Shown piece after piece: positions 21,851 through 31,807 of a stretch of DNA of 64,000 nt (position 1 is the stretch's first letter; the number at the start of each line of letters is the position of its first letter). The DNA is taken from the NCBI GenBank assembly GCA_964410905.1, contig CAYPIR010000001.1, forward strand, positions 85,861 through 149,860, read 5' to 3'. The notes beneath the pieces were generated by a model that saw only the letters and a list, made by a program, of their open reading frames with translations, was not told the DNA's origin and did not search any database. The translations under genes were made by a program, and so were the position numbers. This stretch comes from an uncultured bacterium (GTDB taxonomy: Bacteria > Omnitrophota > Omnitrophia > Omnitrophales > Aquincolibacteriaceae).

Positions 21851-23101
21851 TTATATTTTCTTTAACACAAGTATAGAATTTTTTCCGCCAAAGCCAAAAG
21901 AATTTTTCATGGCAATTTTAATTTTGGCAGAGCGCGCGACGTTGGGCACATAATCCAAATCGCATTCGGGATCTTTCATACTGTAGTTGATTGTCGGCGG
22001 AATAACTTGGTTTTCCATAGCAAGAAGCGTTGCGATCAACTCCACGCTGCCCGCCGCGCCAATTAAATGCCCAATCATTGATTTAACTGAACTTATCGGG
22101 ATTTTATAAGCGTATTCGCCAAAAACATTTTTGATTACCATCGTTTCCGTTTTGTCGTTGAGAGGAGTCGACGTGCCGTGCGCGTTTATATAATCAACTT
22201 CATCCGCCCTAACACCCGCGGCATCAAGCGCCAAACGCATTGCTCGTATCGCTTGAGTCCCCTCAGGGTCCGGGGCCGTCATATGATAAGCATCGCAAGT
22301 CATCCCATGTCCCAAAATTTCCGCGTATATATGAGCTCCGCGTTTAATCGCGTGCTCATATTCCTCAACTACAAACATTCCCGCGCCCTCTCCTAAAACA
22401 AATCCATCTCTATCAAGACAAAACGGACGAGACGCCGTTTCCGGCGAGTCATTGCGGGTGGAAAGCGCTCGAGCGACACAAAACGAAGCCATAATACCGG
22501 GAAAAATTGTCGCTTCGGCACCGCCCATAATCAAGAAATCAAGACTCCCCGTCCTTATAGCGTCAAACGCATAACCGCACGCGTCAGACGCCGAAGAACA
22601 AGCCGTAGCCAAAGAAAAACTAGGCCCTTTAAGTCCTAATTCGATAGAAACATTTCCCGCACAAGCATCCGGAAAAGACGCAAGCGCAGTAAACGGATTA
22701 AGCCTCATAGGCCCGCGGTTTTGCAAAACGACAGATTGTTCAAGAATATACCCAACACCGGCAAGCGCCGTTCCAATAATAACTCCAGCGCGTTCTCTGA
22801 CAGCTATGTCTGTCAAATCAAGTTTTGCGTCTTCGACCGCCATTTTGGAAGCAACAACGGCAAATTGCGTTGTCCTGTCCATTCGTTTAAGTTTTTTGGG
22901 GAGAATATAATTAGTAGATGTAAAATTTTTTATTTCACCGGCAAAATGCGTAGTAAATTGAGTTGTATCGAACGCGGTAATATTGGAAATACCGCTTTTA
23001 CCTTTAGAGATAGAATCCCAAAATTGCTCTTTCCCCATCCCCACAGACGAAACGACCCCCAGTCCCGTGATAACTACTCTTCGGTTACTGAGGGTCGTCA
23101 T
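21851..23101 (-). CDS. fabF: 3-oxoacyl-ACP synthase II (start probably at MTTLSNRRVVITGLG, not the longer ORF to 23140)
   Basis: KAS fold; active-site Cys region ATACSSASDA, HGTSTPLND, GHLIGAAG. Confidence 0.9.
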   Translation of the reverse strand: MTTLSNRRVVITGLGVVSSVGMGKEQFWDSISKGKSGISNITAFDTTQFTTHFAGEIKNFTSTNYILPKKLKRMDRTTQFAVVASKMAVEDAKLDLTDIAVRERAGVIIGTALAGVGYILEQSVVLQNRGPMRLNPFTALASFPDACAGNVSIELGLKGPSFSLATACSSASDACGYAFDAIRTGSLDFLIMGGAEATIFPGIMASFCVARALSTRNDSPETASRPFCLDRDGFVLGEGAGMFVVEEYEHAIKRGAHIYAEILGHGMTCDAYHMTAPDPEGTQAIRAMRLALDAAGVRADEVDYINAHGTSTPLNDKTETMVIKNVFGEYAYKIPISSVKSMIGHLIGAAGSVELIATLLAMENQVIPPTINYSMKDPECDLDYVPNVARSAKIKIAMKNSFGFGGKNSILVLKKI

Positions 23102-23112
23102 CTTATTTTCTA

Positions 23113-24675
23113 TTACGCTGTAATGGGAGAATTGTTGCAAGAAAGCGCGATTTTTCTTCCTTCGTTATCGACACTTAATAGGCTGCAACGAATTTCATCA
23201 CCGATATTGAATCGTTTAGACAAATCCTGCGGCGTAGTATCAGGAATCTCGGAAATATGGATAAGCCCTTCAAGTCCATTATCCAATTCCACGAAAACTC
23301 CGAAATTTACCACTCTTGTAACTTTGCCTTGAAGTTCTAGCCCAGTTAAAAAGTTTTTGGTAAGGTCGGCCCAAGGATCATCTGTAAGTTGCTTGACGCC
23401 AAGAGAGATTTTCTTGGCCTCAACATCAACCGACAAAATCATTACTTCTAGCGCGTCTCCTTTTTTGAGCACGTCGGACGGCTTTGAAACTTTATGCGTC
23501 CAAGAAATATCGGACACATGCAAAAGTCCTTCAATGCCGGGCTCAAGTTCTACAAAAGCGCCATAATCGGTAAGGTTGCGAACTGTCCCAGATAAACGAC
23601 TTCCGATTTGAAACTTGTCTGTTATTTTATCCCAAGGATTTTCTTGAGTTTGTTTCGCGCCAAGCGAAATCTTTTTGGCAGCCGTGTCAAGACTCAAAAT
23701 CACAACATCAAGTTCTGTCCCCACCGACAAAACTTCGCTGGGATGGTTAATACGTTTCGTCCAAGAAATTTCGCTAATATGAACAAGCCCCTCAATGCCG
23801 GGTTCAAGCTCCACGAAAGCGCCGTAAGGAAGAATGTTCACGACTTTTCCGCAAACTTGATTCCCTATCGAATAGCGCTGATCCACGGTCGCCCAAGGAT
23901 CAGAACCCTTTTGCTTTAGGCCAAGAGATATTTTTTGTTTTGCTTGATCAATGCCTATAACAACGACTTCAATATCATCGCCGATTTTGACAAGATCCGA
24001 CGGATGCGAAACGCGTCCCCAGCTCATATCTGTAATGTGCAAAAGCCCATCAAGACTTCCGATATCGATAAACACGCCAAAGTCTGTAATGTTTTTGACT
24101 TTGCCTTTTACCAAATCGCCGACCTTAATGGTGTTGAGTTTTTCGGTGCGCGCTTTGTTGCGGCTTTTTTCAAGAAGATCTTTACGAGAAACAACCACGT
24201 TCTTACGTTTGTGATTAATTTTAACAACAAGAAATTTGCTTTGAAGACCAAGAAATTGGTCTTGATTGCGAACAGGCTTAATATCGACAAGCGATGCCGG
24301 CAAAAATGCTTCCATGCCGATGTCGACCATAAAACCGCCGCGGACTTTTCGAACGATTTTGCCGTCAACGATCGCGCCTTCCGTAGCGTTAGAAAGAATA
24401 TCATTCCAAGTCTTTTGGCGATCAGCTTTGCGTTTGGAAAGAATCGCGGTCCCCTCGACATCATCAAAACCCTCAAACAAAACTTCTACTTCTTGTCCAA
24501 TTGCCAAAGACTCGGATTGCAAAAATTCATCTTTAGGCAAAACACCTTCTGCCTTGTAAGAAATATCAACTACAACATCGCGATCGTTGACTGCGATTAT
24601 AGTTCCTTTAACAACTTCGCCGATCTTGATGTCCTGAAAAGACTTCTCGTACAACTCTGAAAACGTGGATTGCAT
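23113..24675 (-). CDS. rpsA: 30S ribosomal protein S1
   Basis: 520 aa, six tandem S1 domains (G..V.G.V..I..FGAFV...). Confidence 0.9.
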   Translation of the reverse strand: MQSTFSELYEKSFQDIKIGEVVKGTIIAVNDRDVVVDISYKAEGVLPKDEFLQSESLAIGQEVEVLFEGFDDVEGTAILSKRKADRQKTWNDILSNATEGAIVDGKIVRKVRGGFMVDIGMEAFLPASLVDIKPVRNQDQFLGLQSKFLVVKINHKRKNVVVSRKDLLEKSRNKARTEKLNTIKVGDLVKGKVKNITDFGVFIDIGSLDGLLHITDMSWGRVSHPSDLVKIGDDIEVVVIGIDQAKQKISLGLKQKGSDPWATVDQRYSIGNQVCGKVVNILPYGAFVELEPGIEGLVHISEISWTKRINHPSEVLSVGTELDVVILSLDTAAKKISLGAKQTQENPWDKITDKFQIGSRLSGTVRNLTDYGAFVELEPGIEGLLHVSDISWTHKVSKPSDVLKKGDALEVMILSVDVEAKKISLGVKQLTDDPWADLTKNFLTGLELQGKVTRVVNFGVFVELDNGLEGLIHISEIPDTTPQDLSKRFNIGDEIRCSLLSVDNEGRKIALSCNNSPITA

Positions 24676-24856
24676 ATTGGGAAAACCTCCTTGAGAGTCC
24701 CCTTCTTATTGGGATTGCATAAAAATGGGGGTTCTTTGCCGCTTTTCCCTTCGATGAACGCTGTGGTTTTTATCGAACGCCGCAAGAACGAGCGGAGTAT
24801 AACATAACTTTTTTATTTGTGAAGAGCCGTTAACGAAGAAACTTTTTTTATATTTT

Positions 24857-25693
24857 CTAAATCTTTTGACGCTTTTGGCGAGATTTCTCGAGGAAAGCAG
24901 TCAGTTTTTTCATATCACCAGAACGCAATATCTTTTTGAAATCATCAAGACCGCGTTCAAAGAGTTCGAGAGATTTTAATACTTCTTTTCTGTTTGCCAA
25001 AAAAATCGGCGTCCAAATATTAGGCGAAGACGCCGCTACGCGCGTAGTGTCGCAAAATCCGGACGAAGCAATTTTTAAAGCATTTCCCGAAACAATACGG
25101 ACAAGACTCGCGGCAGCAGCATGCGGAAGGTGACTTATTTCAGCGACAAGCTTGTCGTGCGTTGCCGGCGTTGTTTCAAAAATTCTCGGCGAAATTTTCT
25201 GCCAAAACTTTTTTATCTCCGCGTAAGCCTTCGGCGATGTCTTCGCGTCTTTGGTCAAAACTATCAAAGCGTTGTCATACAAACTCGCATTCGCCAAATC
25301 TATTCCTTGTTTGTCAGAACCCGCCATCGGATGCGCCCCGACAAAAGAAATATTTTTCCAATCAACAGAATTCACTTCGCGCAGAACCGAACCCTTAACG
25401 CTTCCTACATCCGTCACTAAAACTTTTCGGCAAACGGCTAAATCTATTTCTTTTAAATATGGAAGAAACGTTCCAACTGGCATGCAAAGAATAACAATAT
25501 CGGCGCCTGCTGCGCCTAATGAGACATCTTTTGTCGCTTCGTCAACCCACTTATTTTTTAAAGCGGTCAAAATCGCTTTTTGACTTCGGCTAATCCCAAC
25601 AATTCGCGCGTAAGGAAACCGCTTGCGGCAACTAGCCGCGAGCGAGCCCCCCATAAACCCTAATCCAATTATTGTGATTTTTTTCATTGCCAT
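24857..25693 (-). CDS. tyrA: Prephenate/arogenate dehydrogenase
   Basis: ITIIGLGFMGGSLA Rossmann motif, TyrA family length. Confidence 0.85.
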   Translation of the reverse strand: MAMKKITIIGLGFMGGSLAASCRKRFPYARIVGISRSQKAILTALKNKWVDEATKDVSLGAAGADIVILCMPVGTFLPYLKEIDLAVCRKVLVTDVGSVKGSVLREVNSVDWKNISFVGAHPMAGSDKQGIDLANASLYDNALIVLTKDAKTSPKAYAEIKKFWQKISPRIFETTPATHDKLVAEISHLPHAAAASLVRIVSGNALKIASSGFCDTTRVAASSPNIWTPIFLANRKEVLKSLELFERGLDDFKKILRSGDMKKLTAFLEKSRQKRQKI

Positions 25694-25699
25694 AATCGA

Positions 25700-26716
25700 C
25701 TAAATGTCTCGTCCAACCGCTTGTGCCACGAGTTTAACTTTTTGCATCATTTCATCAAACTGACGCGGTAAGAGCGATTGTTCGCCATCACTTTTCGCCT
25801 CTTCAGGTTTTTGATGAACTTCAACCATAAGCGCGTCGCAGCCGGCAGCAACTCCCGCCATGGCCATAGGCGTAACAAAATCTCTGTAGCCTGTGCCATG
25901 AGACGGATCGACAAGCGCAGGCAAATGTGTTTCCTTCTTGAGTACGGGGATTGCGTTTAAATCAAGAGTATTACGTGTTGATGTCTCAAATGTGCGAATG
26001 CCGCGCTCGCCAAGCAGCACTTTAAAATTGCCGTTTGCCAGCAAGTATTCCGCCGACATAAGCAAATCTTTTACAGTAGCGCTAAGGCCGCGCTTTAAAA
26101 GAACCGCTTTCTTTGATTTACCGCATTCCTTTAGCAAATCAAAATTCTGCATATTCCGCGCGCCAATTTGCAGCATATCCGCGTATTTGGAAACAAGCTC
26201 AACTTGACGCGTGTCCATAACTTCAGTCGCAACCAAAAGTCCTGTTTCGTCCGCTGCCTGTCTTAAGTATTTCAAGCCCTCTTCACCGAGTCCCTGAAAA
26301 GAATACGGCGATGTCCTTGGTTTAAACGCTCCGCCACGCAAAAATGTCGCACCCGATTTTTTTACCGCGCGCGCCACTTCCAAAAGCTTATCGTAACTTT
26401 CGACAGAACAAGGTCCCGCCATTACGACAATACGCTTGCCGCCGACTTTAACTCCATTGCCCATATCAAACTCGGTATTTTCAGATTTGTAATCACGACT
26501 TACAAGCTTGTATGGCTTTAAAATCGCCATTACGCTCTCTACGCCCGGAAACGCCTCCAGCGGCTGAACCTGCAGTTTTTCTTCATCGCCGATTACGCCG
26601 ATGACTGTCCGTTCTGCTCCGCGTGAAACATTTGGTTTTAGTCCAAGCTCGCGGACTTTTTCGCAAATATGCTCCAGCTCCTGCGGCGTTGCGCTTTTCT
26701 TAAGAACAATAATCAT
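25700..26716 (-). CDS. 3-deoxy-7-phosphoheptulonate (DAHP) synthase, type I-beta with N-terminal regulatory domain
   Basis: 338 aa, KDO8PS/DAHPS-like (beta/alpha)8 core VMAGPCSVES... Confidence 0.85.
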   Translation of the reverse strand: MIIVLKKSATPQELEHICEKVRELGLKPNVSRGAERTVIGVIGDEEKLQVQPLEAFPGVESVMAILKPYKLVSRDYKSENTEFDMGNGVKVGGKRIVVMAGPCSVESYDKLLEVARAVKKSGATFLRGGAFKPRTSPYSFQGLGEEGLKYLRQAADETGLLVATEVMDTRQVELVSKYADMLQIGARNMQNFDLLKECGKSKKAVLLKRGLSATVKDLLMSAEYLLANGNFKVLLGERGIRTFETSTRNTLDLNAIPVLKKETHLPALVDPSHGTGYRDFVTPMAMAGVAAGCDALMVEVHQKPEEAKSDGEQSLLPRQFDEMMQKVKLVAQAVGRDI

Positions 26717-26770
26717 AAATTTGACCCCTTAAAGTTTTATAAGTTACAAAATTAAATGTGAGTTTAAAAT

Positions 26771-27880
26771 TCAGTTTTTGGGATTTGCTCCCAAATATTC
26801 TTTTAGCAATTTTATAAATCTAACATTTTGCCCGCGTTTTCCAATCGTAACGCGAAGCCAATTGGGCAAGTTATAAGCGTTCATCGGGCGAACTATCATT
26901 CCCTGTTTTAGCAGCGCCTGATAAATTTCTCTACCGTTCCGTTTCATATTTACTAATACGAAATTCGCCTGACTCGGCAAATACTCAAGCCCCATTTTTT
27001 TGAACTGTTTATAGAAAAATTCTCGTCCGACAATTGTTACGCGTTTGGCTCGCCATAAAAAAAACGCGTCATCTATGGCCGCCACAGCCGCGGTTTGGGC
27101 CAGCGAATTAACATTAAACGGCTGGCGAACCTTATGCAAATATCCAACAATTTCTTTTGACGCGACGCCATACCCGATACGAAGTCCCGCGAGCCCATAA
27201 GCCTTAGAAAATGTCCGCAAAAGAACAACATTTGGGTTTTGGTCAGTGATATATTGAAGCGATTTGGGAAAATCTGGCGCATTGGCAAAATCGACATACG
27301 CTTCATCAATGCATATTAAAATATTTTTTGGAACCTTTGCTATAAAACCTTCAATTTCTGCCGCGTTCAAATATGTTCCAGTCGGGTTGTTGGGATTAAC
27401 AATAAAAATTATTTTTGTCTTTGGTGTAATAGCGCGCAAAATACCTTCGAAGTCGAAACGGTAATCCGTCGTCATCGGAACCTCTTTATAAGCTGTTCCG
27501 CATGCTTGCGTTAAAATTGGATAAACCAAAAAAGTTTTTTCTGACGATATAACCTCATCGCCTTCGGACAAAAATCCGCGCGCCAAAAGTTCAATAATTT
27601 CATTAGAGCCATTACCACAAATAATTTTTTCTTTATCGATTTTAAGAGTGTTAGAAAGTTTCTCTAAAAGATAATGGCAGCTTCCTTCCGGGTATAAGTT
27701 AATGTCACTAAGCGCGCGTTTGATTGCGCGGATAGCCTTTTTAGACGTGCCAAGCGGATTTTCATTAGACGCGAGCTTTATGATATTTTTAATTCCATAT
27801 TCGCGCTCAAGCTCTTTAATGGGCTTGCCCGGTTCGTAGTGTTTAATGTCCGATATGTATTTTTTAAATGGAATGCTCAT
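26771..27880 (-). CDS. hisC: Histidinol-phosphate / aromatic aminotransferase
   Basis: KLASNENPLG, PLP-lysine region RTFSKAYGLAGLRIGY. Confidence 0.85.
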   Translation of the reverse strand: MSIPFKKYISDIKHYEPGKPIKELEREYGIKNIIKLASNENPLGTSKKAIRAIKRALSDINLYPEGSCHYLLEKLSNTLKIDKEKIICGNGSNEIIELLARGFLSEGDEVISSEKTFLVYPILTQACGTAYKEVPMTTDYRFDFEGILRAITPKTKIIFIVNPNNPTGTYLNAAEIEGFIAKVPKNILICIDEAYVDFANAPDFPKSLQYITDQNPNVVLLRTFSKAYGLAGLRIGYGVASKEIVGYLHKVRQPFNVNSLAQTAAVAAIDDAFFLWRAKRVTIVGREFFYKQFKKMGLEYLPSQANFVLVNMKRNGREIYQALLKQGMIVRPMNAYNLPNWLRVTIGKRGQNVRFIKLLKEYLGANPKN

Positions 27881-27892
27881 TTGGTTTATTAT

Positions 27893-28972
27893 TTAATCTT
27901 TCGTTTTTTCTATTGACGGATAAGAACCGAGAACCTTCAAAAACTTTACACTTTTCTCCATCTCTTTGAGAGTTTTAGAAATTCTCGCGTCTCCAATATG
28001 CCCTTCCAAATCAATATAAAAATAATATTCCCATGCCTTTTTTTTGGACGGACGCGATTCTATCTTAGTCATATTTACTTTACTTTCTTTTATGGGCAAA
28101 AGCATATCGTAAAGAGCCCCTATCTTGTCGCGAACGGACACGAGTATTGATGTTTTATCGCTTTTGGTTTTTGCTGGGATTTGCCTCGCTATAACGAGAA
28201 ATCTTGTGACATTGTTAGAAAAATCTTGAATGCTCTCTGCGACAATGGGCACATTATAAAAAGTTGCCGCGAGCTTTGAACCTATCGCCGCCGAAGCATT
28301 TTCGTCCGCGGCGCGTTTTGCCGCAGCGGCCGTACTTGATGCATCCAAAAGCTCCGCGTGATGAAGATTTTTCTCAAGCCATAAACGACATTGTCCCAAC
28401 GCTTCTGATTTAGAATAAACACGCTTAATATTTTTAAAATCTTTTTCATTAGAAATTAAATTTTGTACAATTTCGGAGTAAATTTCTGAACAAATTTTAA
28501 GATCAGAATCAATAAACATATCAAGAGTATGACTCACCCCTCCATCAATTGAGTTTTCTATCGGAGTAACTCCATAATCCGCACGCCCCTGCTCCACTTC
28601 CCTAAAAATTTCACTTATACTCGCGCACGAGAGATATTCAACGCTTGAACCGAACTTTGATACTGCCGCCAAATGCGTGAAAGTCGCTTCAGGCCCTAAA
28701 TACGCGATTTTAAGAGGTTTTTCCAAAGCTAGCGCCGCGGACATAATTTCACGGTAAATCGATTTAAGAGCGTCCTTAGGCAAAACTCCTTTTGCATTTA
28801 ATTCATCTAATTTTTGATATACTTCACTTTCGCGCTCCGGAGCATAAATTTCTTTTCCCGATTCAATTTTTTTCTTTCCAACTTCGCGGGCAAGTTCCGT
28901 CCTGCTATTCAAAAGCTCGACTATTTTTTTGTCCAAATCATCAATTTTTTTTCGTATTTGTGCCAAATCCAT
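27893..28972 (-). CDS. pheA: Bifunctional chorismate mutase / prephenate dehydratase (P-protein) with ACT domain
   Basis: CM helix region IRKKIDDLDKKIVELLNSR, PDT motif GPEATFTH, ESRPS ACT motif. Confidence 0.9.
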   Translation of the reverse strand: MDLAQIRKKIDDLDKKIVELLNSRTELAREVGKKKIESGKEIYAPERESEVYQKLDELNAKGVLPKDALKSIYREIMSAALALEKPLKIAYLGPEATFTHLAAVSKFGSSVEYLSCASISEIFREVEQGRADYGVTPIENSIDGGVSHTLDMFIDSDLKICSEIYSEIVQNLISNEKDFKNIKRVYSKSEALGQCRLWLEKNLHHAELLDASSTAAAAKRAADENASAAIGSKLAATFYNVPIVAESIQDFSNNVTRFLVIARQIPAKTKSDKTSILVSVRDKIGALYDMLLPIKESKVNMTKIESRPSKKKAWEYYFYIDLEGHIGDARISKTLKEMEKSVKFLKVLGSYPSIEKTKD

Positions 28973-29844
28973 CAGAATACCTCGCCTTCGTTTTTTTCAC
29001 CATTCTCTTGCGTGTCTTGTGCCGTCTCGCTCTCTTTTGCGTCTAAATCGCCCGCGGCACTTGCTTCATCTTTGTTATTTTCCGCCGCGTCGGCTTGCGG
29101 AATGTCGACTATTTTTTTAGTCCTCAGCAATTCTTCTTTTTTTACGGAACTCTCGACCATATTACGAATTTCATCAATGCTCGGCAAATCTTTTAATGTT
29201 TTAAGCCCAAAGTGCTCCAAAAATTTTTCTGTCGTGCCATACATAAAAGGACGGCCGGGCACTTCTTTTTTACCGACAATCTTTATAAAGTTTTTCTCCA
29301 TCAAAGTTGTTAAAACACCGCTAGCGTCCACGCCGCGCAGCGATTCAATTTCAGCGCGCGTAAGCGGTTGTTTATAAGCTAAAATCGCCAAGGTTTCGAG
29401 CGCGGATTGCGTCGCCTGCCGAGCTTTTTTTTGTAATTCTATTTTCAAGATCCATGGCGCAAATTCTTTCTTAGTGGAAAGCTCGTAACCGCCGGCAACT
29501 TCTATAAGTTCAAAACATCTATCGCCTTTTTGATACTCTTCACGAAGTTCCGCCACGATTTGAGAAATCTGCGCCGTGGTTAAAACTTTAGTAACTTTGC
29601 GAATCTCCGCGGGTGTAAGAGGTTTTGACGAAGCAAAAATTAAAGCCTCCACAATCTTTTTTGCTTTAGACAAATCCTGTAAGTCTTCTTCCCGAAGGCT
29701 TTCGACCTCGAACCGTTGCGCTCCGGTCAAACTCTCCAAAGCATTTTTTTCTTCTAATTGCTCTTGAATTTCTTGGTCAAGTTCTTTACGAAGAGCTTTA
29801 ATTTTTGCTTGTTTTTCTCGTTCTTGCACAGCTTGGTTTTTCAT
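28972..29844 (-). CDS. scpB: Segregation and condensation protein B, with about 90-aa acidic C-terminal tail
   Basis: EALIFASSKPLTPAEI winged-helix motif. Confidence 0.85.
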   Translation of the reverse strand: MKNQAVQEREKQAKIKALRKELDQEIQEQLEEKNALESLTGAQRFEVESLREEDLQDLSKAKKIVEALIFASSKPLTPAEIRKVTKVLTTAQISQIVAELREEYQKGDRCFELIEVAGGYELSTKKEFAPWILKIELQKKARQATQSALETLAILAYKQPLTRAEIESLRGVDASGVLTTLMEKNFIKIVGKKEVPGRPFMYGTTEKFLEHFGLKTLKDLPSIDEIRNMVESSVKKEELLRTKKIVDIPQADAAENNKDEASAAGDLDAKESETAQDTQENGEKNEGEVF

Positions 29845-29856
29845 AATTTATTTATA

Positions 29857-30882
29857 CTATTCCTCTTCCCTTTTTTCAATGAGGATTTCTCCAAATTGTT
29901 TGTCTTGCTTTACCCACGCGAAACGCGTTTTGACAATTTCAAGAATCGCTAAAAAAGTCGCTATAAGTTCATTGCGAGTCCAGTGTTCTGAAAACAAATC
30001 GTTAAACGCCACTTTGCGTTTTTGCGTCAAAAGAGATTGCAGCTGAATCATTTTTTCTTCAATGGAAATCATTTCCTCAAAGACTTCGTGCTCCGATTTT
30101 GTCTCTTTTTTGGCGAGAACGTTCTGAAAAGCAACGATCAAATCAAAAAAATTGGCGCTAAATGTGTTTATGCCCAAGTCTTCCGGCTCCACATCTCCAA
30201 GATAATAATCGCTAATTTGTCGCGTAAACACTTTGCCGCGTTCTGTCTGCAAAACCCCAAGTCCTTTCGCCGCCTCTTTAAACGCCTGATATTCCAAAAG
30301 TTTTCTGACAAGTTCCGCGCGAGGGTCTTCGCCATCAGCATCTTCTTCGTTTTTGTCTGTCGGAAGCAGCATTTTTGATTTGATGTAAATAAGCGTTGCC
30401 GCCATAACAATAAATTCGCCCGCTATCTCTAGATCAAGCTGTTTCATTAACTTTAAATAATCGAGATACTGTTTGGTAATCTCGGAAACTTGAATGTCAT
30501 AAACATTCATTTCATTTTTCTTTATTAAATCCAAAAGCAAGTCGAGAGGCCCATCATACGCGGAAATCTTAATGTGTAGAGGATTAAAGTCTTTGGCGGG
30601 CGCGACGTTATCACTCGCCTGTGCTTCAGAAGGGATGTCCGATCCTACAGGCAACTGCGTATCGTGAGGAGAACTTTCAGAAACAGTATCAGCATCGTCA
30701 GCAGATTTTACATCTTGTCCGGATGGCGTCTCAACGTCCGCGGCAACATGCGGTTGTTCAGGCGTTACTTCGCGATCCCCATCGCCTGCAGCGTTTCCTT
30801 GAGCGTCTTGCTTGCTATCTGTCGTGCTTTCTCCGCTCCCCTGTTCAATATTTCCCTGATTTGTGTTTTCTTCGTTAGCCAT
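29857..30882 (-). CDS. scpA: Segregation and condensation protein A (kleisin), with about 95-aa acidic low-complexity N-terminal extension
   Basis: YDGPLDLLLDLIKKNEMNVYDI core motif; annotated ATG start overlaps the trpS 3' end by 118 nt. Confidence 0.8.
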   Translation of the reverse strand: MANEENTNQGNIEQGSGESTTDSKQDAQGNAAGDGDREVTPEQPHVAADVETPSGQDVKSADDADTVSESSPHDTQLPVGSDIPSEAQASDNVAPAKDFNPLHIKISAYDGPLDLLLDLIKKNEMNVYDIQVSEITKQYLDYLKLMKQLDLEIAGEFIVMAATLIYIKSKMLLPTDKNEEDADGEDPRAELVRKLLEYQAFKEAAKGLGVLQTERGKVFTRQISDYYLGDVEPEDLGINTFSANFFDLIVAFQNVLAKKETKSEHEVFEEMISIEEKMIQLQSLLTQKRKVAFNDLFSEHWTRNELIATFLAILEIVKTRFAWVKQDKQFGEILIEKREEE

Positions 30883-31754
30883 TCTTCTCGTCTTTCCCTT
30901 ATGGGATTTAAGTATTCATTCAATTTTTCAGCCATTTGCATTTTGCAATCCACGCAGCCGCGCACCGCGTTTTGACATTCGCTTGAAATAGTCTCCGCGT
31001 TATTAGCGTTAAACAGTTTATGATAAAAATAAACAGGACAAACTTCCGGGTGTCCTTTGTCCGAGCGAAGTTTCCGGGCAGGATCAGTTACCATTGTCTT
31101 GATTTTTTTTATTACCTCTTCTCGAGAGTCGCTAAGATAAATACAATTATCGTAACTTTTACTCATCTTGCGTCCATCAAGACCAGGAACCCGTGGAACT
31201 TTTGTCAAAACCGCGTCCGGCTCGGGAAAAACTTTCTTTTTATATAAATGGTGAAACCGCCTGACAATTTCGCGCGTAAGTTCCAAATGCGGCAACTGGT
31301 CCTCGCCTACCGGAACTTTATTTGCTTTATAAAGAACAATATCGGCCGCTTGCAAAACAGGATAGCCCAAAAACCCGTGAGTATTTAAGTCCTTGCCCTT
31401 AATTTCATTCTGCTGGTCTTTATACGTTGGATTCCGCTCGAGCCAGCCGAGCGGCGTAATCATAGAAAAAAGAAGCGAAAGACTGGCATGTTCCAGAACT
31501 TCGCTTTGCACAAACATAACGCATTTTTCCGGATCAAGTCCGCTTGCTAAATAATCCAGCAGAACTTCAAACACATTTTCGGCAATAGCGGTTTTAGATT
31601 CGTATTCCGTAGTCAAAGCGTGAAGATCGGCTATCATAAAAAACGCTTCGCCGCCTTGCAAATTTTTGAAATTTTCAACCGCGCCGAGGAGATTTCCTAA
31701 ATGCAGTTTTCCGGTAGGGCGAACACCGCTTAAAACCCGTGAAGACATAAACAC
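30765..31754 (-). CDS. trpS: Tryptophanyl-tRNA synthetase
   Basis: SGVRPTGKLHLGN (HIGH-class), KMSKS present, 329 aa. Confidence 0.9.
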   Translation of the reverse strand: MFMSSRVLSGVRPTGKLHLGNLLGAVENFKNLQGGEAFFMIADLHALTTEYESKTAIAENVFEVLLDYLASGLDPEKCVMFVQSEVLEHASLSLLFSMITPLGWLERNPTYKDQQNEIKGKDLNTHGFLGYPVLQAADIVLYKANKVPVGEDQLPHLELTREIVRRFHHLYKKKVFPEPDAVLTKVPRVPGLDGRKMSKSYDNCIYLSDSREEVIKKIKTMVTDPARKLRSDKGHPEVCPVYFYHKLFNANNAETISSECQNAVRGCVDCKMQMAEKLNEYLNPIRERREEWLTKKTQIREILNRGAEKARQIASKTLKETLQAMGIAK

Positions 31755-31807
31755 AAAACTCCGTTTAAAGAATTATGACTACTGAAAATTGAAAAGAAAT
31801 TCAAATC

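Noticed and set aside
23935-24660. 241-aa plus-strand ORF (and other long antisense ORFs, e.g. 8431-8961, 22721-23332, 45868-46512)
   Set aside because: They lie entirely inside strongly supported minus-strand genes (rpsA, DUF4340-like, fabF, GGDEF-EAL) and have Leu/Phe/Ser/Arg-rich translations with no motifs; typical shadow ORFs in AT-rich DNA.
26777-26795. Perfect 7-bp hairpin TTTGGGA-tttgc-TCCCAAA overlapping the last codons of hisC
   Set aside because: Short stems of this size arise by chance frequently; no U-tract or conservation evidence. Noted only.
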